The position numbers were made by a program, and so were the translations under genes. A DNA stretch of 41,599 nucleotides from Candidatus Saccharimonadales bacterium (GTDB taxonomy: Bacteria; Patescibacteriota; Saccharimonadia; Saccharimonadales; UBA7683): positions 1-41,599 of the forward strand of contig JBGSPG010000022.1 in NCBI GenBank assembly GCA_041738725.1, given 5' to 3'. Shown in pieces: positions 8,000-15,646 of this stretch. A model generated the notes under the pieces. That model was not told where the DNA came from, ran no database searches, and saw nothing but the letters and a program-made list of their open reading frames with translations. Numbering within the stretch: the stretch's first letter is position 1; each line of letters starts with the position of its first letter.

Positions 8000-8572
8000 A
8001 TGAAAACAGTTCTATTCATTCCAGGATTCCAAGAAGATATCAACACACGCGACTATAAAAGCACCCTTAAGGCTATCGCCAGTAAAGGTTATAAAGTCAA
8101 ATTCGTGCCTATAAGGTGGGCAAGAACCACCATAAAGGACTGGGTTATGGAGCTAGACAAAGAATACAAAAAACATGACCCAACCCAGACAATACTTGCT
8201 GGTTTTTCATACGGATCAATGACAGCATTCATGTCGGCTGTTAAGGAAAATCCCTCCGAACTCTGGCTATTTTCCTTTTCTCCGTATTTTTCTGACGACA
8301 TGCCACATATGAAGAAATCCTGGCTTAATAACATTGGTCACCGTCGAGCTGATGCATTTAGGCAACTGGACTTCAATGAGTTAGCAAAAAGTATTAAATG
8401 CAAAACACTGATTGTGGTTGGTGAAGCTGAGGCAGTGAAATATCCACTGATAGGCAATAGAGCACTTGTTGCCAGTCAAACCATAGTCAATAATACGCTT
8501 GTTACTGCCCCACAGAGTGGTCACGACGTAACAGACGAAAACTATATAAAAACTATTGAGAACGCCATCTAA
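8000..8572 (+). CDS. Small alpha/beta-fold hydrolase (cassette 3)
   Basis: 190 aa; nucleophile elbow GFSYGS (GxSxG), C-terminal SGHDV as candidate catalytic His. Confidence 0.6.
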   Translation: MKTVLFIPGFQEDINTRDYKSTLKAIASKGYKVKFVPIRWARTTIKDWVMELDKEYKKHDPTQTILAGFSYGSMTAFMSAVKENPSELWLFSFSPYFSDDMPHMKKSWLNNIGHRRADAFRQLDFNELAKSIKCKTLIVVGEAEAVKYPLIGNRALVASQTIVNNTLVTAPQSGHDVTDENYIKTIENAI

Positions 8573-8596
8573 GCTAGCGTTGCAATAATCTTCATC

Positions 8597-8661
8597 ATGG
8601 CCCTCCAATACGCTTATGCTTAAACTTCTCTTTCTGAGGAGTTTTTTGTTAATATTAAACA
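8597..8661 (+). repeat. Junction repeat D
   Basis: ATGGCCCTCCA-ATACGCTTATGCTT, hairpin AAACTTCTC(8622-8630)/GAGGAGTTT(8636-8644), T-run, TGtTAATAT (-10 at 8650-8655), then 6 nt to ATG 8662. Confidence 0.75.
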
Positions 8662-9057
8662 ATGCCTACTAATGCAGAATCATTTGTAATTAAGCCTTCT
8701 GGAATCCCTGCCTCTGGATCAGGTGTATTTGCTACTCACTGCATAAAAGCAGGAGACTACTTAGCGTTCAAACCAAAAAATACTACTATAGGTATCGTTC
8801 GTTCTGAGAATGATATACCGAGGAAATTTCTATCTTTATGTATTGCTCGAGATGATGGCAAATACCTATGTCCTGCTGATTTTGAGAACATTGAGACCGT
8901 GTGGTATCTTAATCACTCTAGCTGCCCTAACGCAGAGCAACGAAGCGATGGCTATTATGCCCTAAGCGACATTCCTAGAGGAGAAGAAATACTTATAGAT
9001 TACAATATATTTAACGAACCAGAAGATAAAAAGGAGGATTTTTATCGTAGTAGATAA
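8662..9057 (+). CDS. SET-domain protein (putative protein lysine methyltransferase; cassette 4)
   Basis: 131 aa; LNHSSCPNAE (NHSCxPN-like pseudoknot motif) and GEEILIDY (ELxxDY-like). Confidence 0.75.
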   Translation: MPTNAESFVIKPSGIPASGSGVFATHCIKAGDYLAFKPKNTTIGIVRSENDIPRKFLSLCIARDDGKYLCPADFENIETVWYLNHSSCPNAEQRSDGYYALSDIPRGEEILIDYNIFNEPEDKKEDFYRSR

Positions 9058-9077
9058 AGGTTGCGATATCATTCACT

Positions 9078-9144
9078 GTGGACCTCCAATACCGGTTATG
9101 TTTAAACAGAGGTAATAGGCCTCTGTTTTTGATACAATCAAGTC
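9078..9144 (+). repeat. Junction repeat E
   Basis: GTGGACCTCCA-ATACCGGTTATGTTTAAACAGAGG-TAATAGG-CCTCTGTTTTTGaTACAAT (-10 at 9133-9138), then 6 nt to ATG 9145; the hairpin is homologous to the one in repeat C. Confidence 0.75.
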
Positions 9145-9456
9145 ATGCAAGTTTTAGTCGAACTATTAAACCTGACTGAAATACAAAGATTATCACTACC
9201 TTCCAATTTCAAATATGGACAAGCCATTTATATTCGTGGTGCGGTCGAGTTTATAAGCAATGAACCGCTAGAAGTGGAGGCGTGGGTAGGGGGACTTGAT
9301 GGAGCAGTTATAGAAGGTGGCGGTTCGCGTCGCCGGGCTTACTTGTTTGTAACAAAAGAAGGCCTCTCGTGGCATTGCACTGGCAATCCTAAGAACCATG
9401 ATATTTTTTGCAAGCATTGTGTGGCACTAGCCCTAGCAGTTCTAGGCAATCAATGA
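9145..9456 (+). CDS. SWIM zinc-finger-like small protein (cassette 5)
   Basis: 103 aa; C-terminal WHCTGNPKNHDIFCKHCVALALAVL resembles the CxC...CxH SWIM signature followed by the usual hydrophobic helix. Confidence 0.5.
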   Translation: MQVLVELLNLTEIQRLSLPSNFKYGQAIYIRGAVEFISNEPLEVEAWVGGLDGAVIEGGGSRRRAYLFVTKEGLSWHCTGNPKNHDIFCKHCVALALAVLGNQ

Positions 9457-9492
9457 GATAGAATTCCTGACTATATTTGTAATAGCGTCTAA

Positions 9493-9560
9493 ATGGCCCT
9501 CCAGTACCGGCCATTTTAGAAAGACGTGAAAGTGTCTTTTCTGATATTATTAGGCGACTT
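9493..9560 (+). repeat. Junction repeat F (last copy)
   Basis: ATGGCCCTCCA-GTACCGGCCATTTTAGAAAGACGT-GAAA-GTGTCTTTTCTGaTATTAT (-10 at 9545-9550), then 10 nt to ATG 9561; the GAAA-loop hairpin is homologous to the one in repeat A. Confidence 0.75.
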
Positions 9561-10136
9561 ATGAAGACAAACAACAGTCAAGAATTAATCGTAGATTCAT
9601 CATTAACTGTGGAAGAGGCGCTTCGCCAAAATCCTGATTCTGTATGCCCGCCCGAAGTTATCGCTGAGCTCGAATTGTTCAACGTTCACTACTATTCGTT
9701 TGATGGTCGGATACACATCGGTCAAATTGTTGCACACAAAGATCTCGTAGAAGACATTAAAACTGCTTTTAATATTATGTTGGCTGAACGATTTCCTACA
9801 CAGTCAGCTATTCCAATTGCAGACGAGAGGTTCGGGTGGGACGATACTGCTTCAACTTCAGCAAATAATACGTCAGCTTTTAACTATCGAAACGTAAGGA
9901 ACACCAATGAAATTTCAAATCATGCTGCAGGCAGAGCAATAGATATAAACCCACTGCTAAACCCATACTTTCCTGGTGAAAAGGTATTTCCTGCACATGC
10001 CTCGTATGACCAAACAGTTCCCGGGACGATATTGGCGGGAAGTAGTTTGGTGCAGCATTTTACAGACTTGGGATGGGTTTGGGGTGCTAGCTGGGCCGAC
10101 GACCCCGATTACCAGCATTTCGAGAAATTAGCATAG
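9561..10136 (+). CDS. M15-family (LAS-type) zinc peptidase, D-Ala-D-Ala carboxypeptidase / cell-wall peptidase-like
   Basis: SNHAAGRAIDINP (H-x6-D zinc motif) and C-terminal DPDYQHFE (third His). Confidence 0.7.
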   Translation: MKTNNSQELIVDSSLTVEEALRQNPDSVCPPEVIAELELFNVHYYSFDGRIHIGQIVAHKDLVEDIKTAFNIMLAERFPTQSAIPIADERFGWDDTASTSANNTSAFNYRNVRNTNEISNHAAGRAIDINPLLNPYFPGEKVFPAHASYDQTVPGTILAGSSLVQHFTDLGWVWGASWADDPDYQHFEKLA

Positions 10137-10207
10137 CTGTACTGAAAATATGTACACTATCGCCTAAGTGAATAGCAAGCTCATTGGTTAGTTGGTATAC
10201 TCATTTT

Positions 10208-10639
10208 ATGAATACTCCCTCAAAAAAATTCAACGCCAAACAGCTACTTTTTAAAGAATTGTTTGTCGGGACACTAATTTATGCAGTCATACTCGGTTTT
10301 TTTAATGATTACACGTCTATTGTGTATGCAAAAAGCTTCTCGACTATTTTCTTGGCTTCGATTGTACTCGAGGTTTTAACCTATTTGGCGTTTGTGCTTA
10401 AGGGCAAGATCGTGACAGCACTAAAAGGACGTACCGGGGCATTGTATAAATTATTGATGTTTTTTAGTGTCTGGTTGATTATGTTTCTTTCTAAGTTTGT
10501 TTTTATATGGGTAATAGATATCATATTTGGTAATTATATAAATATAAATGGATTCTTCGGAATCTTATTTATAGTCCTCTGTGTAACGGTGGTACATAAA
10601 GCCGCAGATGCGGTATTCATAAAACTTGGTGATAACTAA
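10208..10639 (+). CDS. Hypothetical membrane protein
   Basis: Four hydrophobic helices. The start is moved from the TTG at 10184 to ATG 10208 because TGgTATACT (-10 at 10196-10201) lies 6 nt upstream of that ATG. Confidence 0.5.
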   Translation: MNTPSKKFNAKQLLFKELFVGTLIYAVILGFFNDYTSIVYAKSFSTIFLASIVLEVLTYLAFVLKGKIVTALKGRTGALYKLLMFFSVWLIMFLSKFVFIWVIDIIFGNYININGFFGILFIVLCVTVVHKAADAVFIKLGDN

Positions 10640-10676
10640 AAAAGACTGATAGAACAGATCAATCAAATATAAAAAA

Positions 10677-10701
10677 TAGCCCGGTCTCGCAGGCCGGGCT
10701 A
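10677..10701. terminator. Bidirectional intrinsic terminator
   Basis: TAGCCCGGTC-TCGCA-GGCCGGGCTA stem-loop flanked by an A-run and a T-run, between convergent genes. Confidence 0.75.
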
Positions 10702-10721
10702 TTTAAGGTTGCTATTACTTG

Positions 10722-11300
10722 TTAGCTAGGAAGCAGTACGCCACCAATTACGTGTACAACACCGTTATCTGCGTTAACGTCGGCTTTTTCTACCGTTACT
10801 TTATTACCTTTGGCATCAGTTAGGTAAACCATACCGTCCGTAATTGAGACCGTGAGTGTCCCGCCCTGAACAGTAGTTATTACTTGTCCGTCCTTAAGAT
10901 CTTGAGCCAGGATTTTTCCGGGTACAACATGATAGGTTAGTACTGATTTTAATTGCTCGACATTTTCGGGCTTCAGTAGGGAATCGAGTGTACCAGCTGG
11001 TAGCGCCGCAAAGGCTTCATTTGTTGGTGCGAAAACAGTGTACGGCCCTTTCCCCTGAAGTGTATCTACTAAGCTTGCCGCCTTAACAGCAGTAACTAAA
11101 GTAGACAGAGCAGGTGTGTCTGATGCAACTACAACAATCGATTTAGATACTTTCTTCTCGGTCTGGTTCATTTGTTGTGATTGGTTCGCCATGTCAGTTT
11201 CGCTTGAATTATCTCGGTTTACTGCCCAGAAGATTCCACCACCAATAACTAATACTGCAATGAGACCTACAATTATTCCTGTTGATTTATTACTTTCCAT
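10722..11300 (-). CDS. Fasciclin (FAS1) domain surface protein with an N-terminal anchor
   Basis: TM helix, then TVFAPTNEAFAALP...VLTYHVVPG...VHVIGGVLLP: classical FAS1 H1/YH/H2 blocks; AAGGAG RBS. Confidence 0.8.
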   Translation of the reverse strand: MESNKSTGIIVGLIAVLVIGGGIFWAVNRDNSSETDMANQSQQMNQTEKKVSKSIVVVASDTPALSTLVTAVKAASLVDTLQGKGPYTVFAPTNEAFAALPAGTLDSLLKPENVEQLKSVLTYHVVPGKILAQDLKDGQVITTVQGGTLTVSITDGMVYLTDAKGNKVTVEKADVNADNGVVHVIGGVLLPS

Positions 11301-11349
11301 GATTACTCCTTTATAATTTATTATGCGCTGCCAAAAGTAAATTACCCTC

Positions 11350-11937
11350 CTACTTCATTGCCACCTCCTTGTTTGTTAGACTCCGTATTAAAAAACTGTG
11401 TATAGATTTAGTAACGTCTACCAGCTCGGATCCTTTGGGTGTCTCCGGGTAGTATTCCAGTAGAAAACCATTGATTGCATGTGCAATAACCTTCGCCTGC
11501 TTTTCTATTTCAGATTGTTCTATATAAAATTCTCCGCTGTCTACACCAAACCGCAAAACTTCTTCTACGTGCAGGTATCCTTTATTTGGAATATAACCAC
11601 TTTCAAGCTTTAGGTAGTTTGGTCTGAAGTGCAGGTAGTACTTAAGTAGATAAACGACGTCTTCGATGTGGTTAAACTGAAATACTACGCGGCTCATCAG
11701 CATTTCTGAAGCTGAGTCACTTTCAGGCAATAGTGCTCTTTGCACACCTAGCTCCTTGCTAGTAGTATCGAAAATATCTTTCAATATCTCGTCTTTATCG
11801 CTAAAGAAGTGGTAGATACTAGATATTCCAATACCAGATTCTTTTGCGAGGGTCCGTATTGAAAAACCTTCATATCCATTTACAGCAAAGAGCTGCTTAG
11901 ATTTTTTTAAAATAGTGTGTCGAGTATCTTGCGTCAT
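11350..11937 (-). CDS. TetR/AcrR-family transcriptional regulator
   Basis: N-terminal HTH: ILKKSKQLFAVNGYEGFSIRTLAKESGIGISSIYHFFSDKDEIL. Confidence 0.85.
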   Translation of the reverse strand: MTQDTRHTILKKSKQLFAVNGYEGFSIRTLAKESGIGISSIYHFFSDKDEILKDIFDTTSKELGVQRALLPESDSASEMLMSRVVFQFNHIEDVVYLLKYYLHFRPNYLKLESGYIPNKGYLHVEEVLRFGVDSGEFYIEQSEIEKQAKVIAHAINGFLLEYYPETPKGSELVDVTKSIHSFLIRSLTNKEVAMK

Positions 11938-11943
11938 AATTTA

Positions 11944-11959
11944 TGTAACGTTCGTTACA
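11944..11959. promoter_or_regulatory. Candidate TetR operator 1 (perfect palindrome)
   Basis: TGTAACG-TT-CGTTACA immediately upstream of the TetR start codon. Confidence 0.6.
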
Positions 11960-11967
11960 ATAAGTAG

Positions 11968-11983
11968 TGTAACACTCGTTACA
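11968..11983. promoter_or_regulatory. Candidate TetR operator 2
   Basis: TGTAAC-ACTC-GTTACA; on the minus strand it contains TGtTACACT (extended -10 for the TetR gene), and on the plus strand it runs into TACAAT. Confidence 0.55.
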
Positions 11984-12093
11984 ATATGTACGCAAGTCTT
12001 TTCCATATAAACTTACAAATTCCGACTTAATTTGTATTAAAACTAACAAAAATTGCTATCGACATCACCCATTTCTATCTGTAATATATAGGT

Positions 12094-12423
12094 ATGTCAG
12101 CTATAGACGAATATTTAGTAACTGTGGATAAACCACGACAAGCTGCACTCGAACGTGTCAGAGAAATAGTTAAAAAGGTGGTTCCAGCCGCGGAAGAAAC
12201 TATTAATTACGGTATGCCAGTATTTAAACTTCGCGGTAAATATGTAATAGGTATGTCAGCTTTCAAAAATCATATGAGTGTATTCCCTGGATCTGAACCA
12301 GTCGAAGCACTTAAAAAAGATCTTGAAGCATTCAAAACTTCAAAAGGTACAATTCAGTTCACTGTCGAAAAACCTATTCCTGAAGACCTGCTCATAAAAG
12401 TTATTCAACACTGTATCAAGTAG
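12094..12423 (+). CDS. DUF1801 (YdhG-like) domain protein
   Basis: 109 aa; IDEYL...AALERVREIVKKVVPAAEETINYGMPVF...KNHMSVFPG pattern typical of DUF1801. Confidence 0.55.
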   Translation: MSAIDEYLVTVDKPRQAALERVREIVKKVVPAAEETINYGMPVFKLRGKYVIGMSAFKNHMSVFPGSEPVEALKKDLEAFKTSKGTIQFTVEKPIPEDLLIKVIQHCIK

Positions 12424-12425
12424 TT

Positions 12426-12929
12426 TTAAATTGCGAGCGCGTTACCAACTACTATTCCGATACCTGTAGCAAGCCCACCAATAACAACAATTTCTAGCGC
12501 ACTTCTAATTGGCGATACCTTTACGAACTTACCTTTAAAATAGCCGAGTAAGAATAGGCCAACCATTGCTGCGACGATCGCAACTTCTCGTGAATATTCT
12601 ATTGGGAAGAGGATGATAGGTAAGAGTGGTACGAGGCCAGCTAAAAAGTATGATACGAACATTATAAGGCCACTTGTTATTGAGACTTTAAAGTGTTTGC
12701 TGTTTGCCATTTGGTGTACAGATTTTGAGCTGAGGTATTGACCGGACCCCATAGAAAGAGCTTCGACTAATATGGTCACGAAGCCAGCAAGCAGTACAAT
12801 TTCTTTATTGCTCGTACCGGTACTTACACCAACAATAACCCCGGTAGTAGAAACCAGGGCATCGTTAAATCCAAAAAGTGCGCTCTGTATGTATTCTCTA
12901 TTCATCTTCATAATGCTACAGTATAGCAA
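12426..12929 (-). CDS. VIT1/CCC1-family (iron/manganese) transporter, membrane domain only
   Basis: GFNDALVSTTGVIVGV and the C-terminal helices match the VIT-family pattern; the true start may be the internal MKMNREY. Confidence 0.65.
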   Translation of the reverse strand: MLYCSIMKMNREYIQSALFGFNDALVSTTGVIVGVSTGTSNKEIVLLAGFVTILVEALSMGSGQYLSSKSVHQMANSKHFKVSITSGLIMFVSYFLAGLVPLLPIILFPIEYSREVAIVAAMVGLFLLGYFKGKFVKVSPIRSALEIVVIGGLATGIGIVVGNALAI

Positions 12930-13014
12930 TATTAAGCCATTCGCTCAGCTCAAAGAATTTTTGTTAGTGAAGAATAAATCTAGTATGTAATAATAACTCT
13001 GCTAGTATTAGGCC

Positions 13015-14478
13015 ATGAAGAGGTGGGCCACTTTTATGCCAACTCGTCCTACCTGGATTGGCGCCGGGTTACTTGGTATTTGCGTCGGATTGTACGTAGG
13101 AAGATTCACCCAAGTATCACTTTCCGTAGTCCTGGTTGTTATTGTTGTTCTACTTTTGGTTACATATAAAGTTCGCAGATGGCACACTATACTTTTACTC
13201 TGCTTAGTTAGCGGTTGTTGTCTGGGTCTAATTAGGGGTCAGCAGTATGCGCAGCGAGTTTCAGTTTACAGTCAGTACTTCGGTGAACCTGTTGTTCTGC
13301 AAGGGAGGGTCTCTGATGATGCCGGATATGATAAAAATAAGCTAACAGAATTTCATATTAATAATGTCAGTATTGACGAGTCCTCGCTGCCTGGCAGGGT
13401 TAGGGTTCGTGCACTGAGTGCAACTGGTATCAGTCGTGGAGATAGCGTAGAGGTCCGCGGTACACTCAGAAAAACCCTCGGGACTAGTCGCCAAGGTTCA
13501 ATAAGTTACGGTCAAGTTACGATACTAAAAAATAACACCAGCGTTGCAGAATCACTGCGAGCGCGGTTTTTCACTGCTATTTACTCTAGCTTGCCAGAGC
13601 CGCAAGCAAGTCTTGGGCTTGGATACCTTGTAGGTGTACGCACGGCTTTACCGCCCGAATTTGCAGTAGCACTCTCTGCTATTGGGCTAACGCATATTGT
13701 TGCGGTGAGCGGTTATAATCTGACGATAATTGTTCAGTTTGTAAAACGCCTGTTCGAGAAGGTATCTGCATACCAAACTGTCTTATTCTCCGTGTTATTA
13801 ATCGCCGGTTTTTTAGTTGTAACTGGGTGGAGTCCAAGTATTATGCGTGCTGCAATTATCTCGGGCTTTAGTTTGCTGGCTTGGTATTACGGACGTTCAT
13901 TTCAGCCGCTGATAATAATTCTACTCGGCGCAGCACTGACGGGTTTTGCAAACCCACTCTATATTTGGGGCGATGTTGGCTGGTACCTATCGTTCCTAGC
14001 CTTCACTGGAGTTCTATTGGTTGCACCACTCATACTGTTCTTTCTTGGACCACGGTATGCAAAAAACTTTTTGCTACTAATTCTTTTAGAAACACTTTCT
14101 GCACAACTACTAACTGTGCCGTATATTGCATATATTTTTGGGCGCATTTCCGTCATATCGCCACTCGCTAATATGATAGTAATTCCATTTATCCCAGTTT
14201 CAATGTTGCTGGTATTCGTTACTGGTGTGGTTGGTATGTTTGCACCTGCCCTTGCGCTGTGGGTAGCCGTTCCTGCACGAATAATTATGACACTTACAGT
14301 CTGGGTAGTGCAAAAACTAAGTAGTGCACCATGGGCTCAGCGAACGATTAAGCTTTCAATATACCAAGTCGTTATGTTGTACCTAGTCATGGCTCTTGCC
14401 ATCATTCTGGGATGGGTTGTTTATAGAAGGCGTGTTGCACGTGGACATGAAGCAGCAATAGATTGGAATCTGTTATAA
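13015..14478 (+). CDS. comEC: ComEC/Rec2-family DNA internalisation channel (short form)
   Basis: N-terminal OB/DUF4131-like region, then the competence domain with GLTHIVAVSGYNLTI; 487 aa with no C-terminal metallo-beta-lactamase domain; TGcTAGTAT lies 6 nt upstream of the ATG. Confidence 0.85.
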   Translation: MKRWATFMPTRPTWIGAGLLGICVGLYVGRFTQVSLSVVLVVIVVLLLVTYKVRRWHTILLLCLVSGCCLGLIRGQQYAQRVSVYSQYFGEPVVLQGRVSDDAGYDKNKLTEFHINNVSIDESSLPGRVRVRALSATGISRGDSVEVRGTLRKTLGTSRQGSISYGQVTILKNNTSVAESLRARFFTAIYSSLPEPQASLGLGYLVGVRTALPPEFAVALSAIGLTHIVAVSGYNLTIIVQFVKRLFEKVSAYQTVLFSVLLIAGFLVVTGWSPSIMRAAIISGFSLLAWYYGRSFQPLIIILLGAALTGFANPLYIWGDVGWYLSFLAFTGVLLVAPLILFFLGPRYAKNFLLLILLETLSAQLLTVPYIAYIFGRISVISPLANMIVIPFIPVSMLLVFVTGVVGMFAPALALWVAVPARIIMTLTVWVVQKLSSAPWAQRTIKLSIYQVVMLYLVMALAIILGWVVYRRRVARGHEAAIDWNLL

Positions 14479-14515
14479 TAGAGACAATCATTAGGTAATA
14501 ACGCAAGGAAAAGAT

Positions 14516-15226
14516 ATGTCTGGACACAGCAAATGGTCTACCATTAAGCGGCAGAAAGAAGCAACTGATGCTAAGCGTGGCGCAGTTTTTACTAAAATTG
14601 GTAACCAAATTGCCGTTGCCGCAAAAGCCGGCACTGATCCAGACACAAACTCAACCCTTGCACTTGCAATTGAAAAAGGCAAGGCAGCAAATATGCCGCT
14701 TGCAAATATTCAACGTGCAATCGACAGAGCAAAAGATAAAAATAATGCTGCACTTGAAGAGGTTTTATACGAGGCATACGGCCCGGGTGGAATCGGTATT
14801 ATTGTAGAGGCTGCAACCGACAACAAAAACAGAACGTATCCAGAAGTTCGCACTGCACTAACAAAAAATGGTGGCACAATGGCAGACCCTGGCAGTGTTG
14901 CATTTCAGTTTACACGTAAGGGTGTGATTCGCGTGAAGGCGAGTGGCGAAGATGCGCTACTAGCAGTTTTAGATTCTGGTGCCGAAGACGCCGTCGAAGA
15001 AGAAGGTGAAATTATTGTTTATACTATCGCAAAAGAGCTTGCTCTTGTACGCCAGGCTTTGAAGGATGCAGGAATTGAAATTATTGATGCCGAACTGCAA
15101 TATGTACCTAATAACATCATTGAAATATCAGATTCAGAAGTAGAGCGTAAAATTAATAACATAATGGATGCCCTCGATGAAATCGACGATGTTTCAAGCG
15201 TGCATAGCAACTTTGATATCGTGTAG
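14516..15226 (+). CDS. yebC: YebC/PmpR-family transcriptional regulator
   Basis: MSGHSKWSTIKRQKEATDAKRG...: canonical YebC N-terminus; TGtTATAAT at 14471-14479 and an AAGGAAAAG RBS. Confidence 0.9.
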   Translation: MSGHSKWSTIKRQKEATDAKRGAVFTKIGNQIAVAAKAGTDPDTNSTLALAIEKGKAANMPLANIQRAIDRAKDKNNAALEEVLYEAYGPGGIGIIVEAATDNKNRTYPEVRTALTKNGGTMADPGSVAFQFTRKGVIRVKASGEDALLAVLDSGAEDAVEEEGEIIVYTIAKELALVRQALKDAGIEIIDAELQYVPNNIIEISDSEVERKINNIMDALDEIDDVSSVHSNFDIV

Positions 15227-15243
15227 CGTGCTATAATTTTGGT

Positions 15244-15594
15244 ATGACTACAGCAGCAACTAAAAATGATCTTAACGCTCTTAATACAGAGCTTTCAGGC
15301 AAGATTGATGACCTCTCGAATAAAATAGATGTCAAAATCAATAGTGCTGTAGATGAACTCTCTGGAATTATGAAAGGCTTCATGCAGCAAGTGGCTGGTG
15401 AGTTTGAACAAGTACATATCAAACTTAACAAACACGATGCAGATATTTCACGCATTCTTGGGTACCTTGATTCAATAGAAAAGCAGGTTGAGCTCGATGA
15501 AACCGAAAGACAAGTAATGTCACTACAACTTACACGGTTGCATGAATGGGTAGTCCAAGCAGGTAAACAGATCGGTCTTGAATTTAAGGTTTAG
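15244..15594 (+). CDS. Hypothetical coiled-coil protein
   Basis: 116 aa with heptad-like charged/hydrophobic periodicity; TGcTATAAT (-10 at 15232-15237) lies 6 nt upstream of the ATG. Confidence 0.45.
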   Translation: MTTAATKNDLNALNTELSGKIDDLSNKIDVKINSAVDELSGIMKGFMQQVAGEFEQVHIKLNKHDADISRILGYLDSIEKQVELDETERQVMSLQLTRLHEWVVQAGKQIGLEFKV

Positions 15595-15646
15595 CAGTTT
15601 TTATAATAGGCTTGCTATTTGCGCATTGTAGTAGCAGAATGAGCGT

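Larger units (their letters stand above)
6956..9560 (+). mobile_element. Putative tRNA-Lys-anchored array of single-gene cassettes bounded by tRNA-3'-end-derived junction repeats
   Basis: Six copies of (C/A/G)TGG(C/A)CCTCCA at 6956, 7711, 7933, 8597, 9078 and 9493. Five are followed by a conserved spacer, a hairpin, a T-run, a TGnTAnnnT box and an ATG 52-57 nt after the CCA. Confidence 0.5.

Noticed and set aside
10184-10207. TTG-initiated N-terminal extension of the membrane protein (MVSWYTHF)
   Set aside because: The extended -10 box TGgTATACT lies inside this extension, 6 nt before ATG 10208, matching the leaderless pattern seen elsewhere.
13881-14171. ORFs 13881-14171(+) and 13959-14156(-) inside comEC
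   Set aside because: These are alternate-frame and antisense ORFs within a confidently called polytopic membrane CDS.
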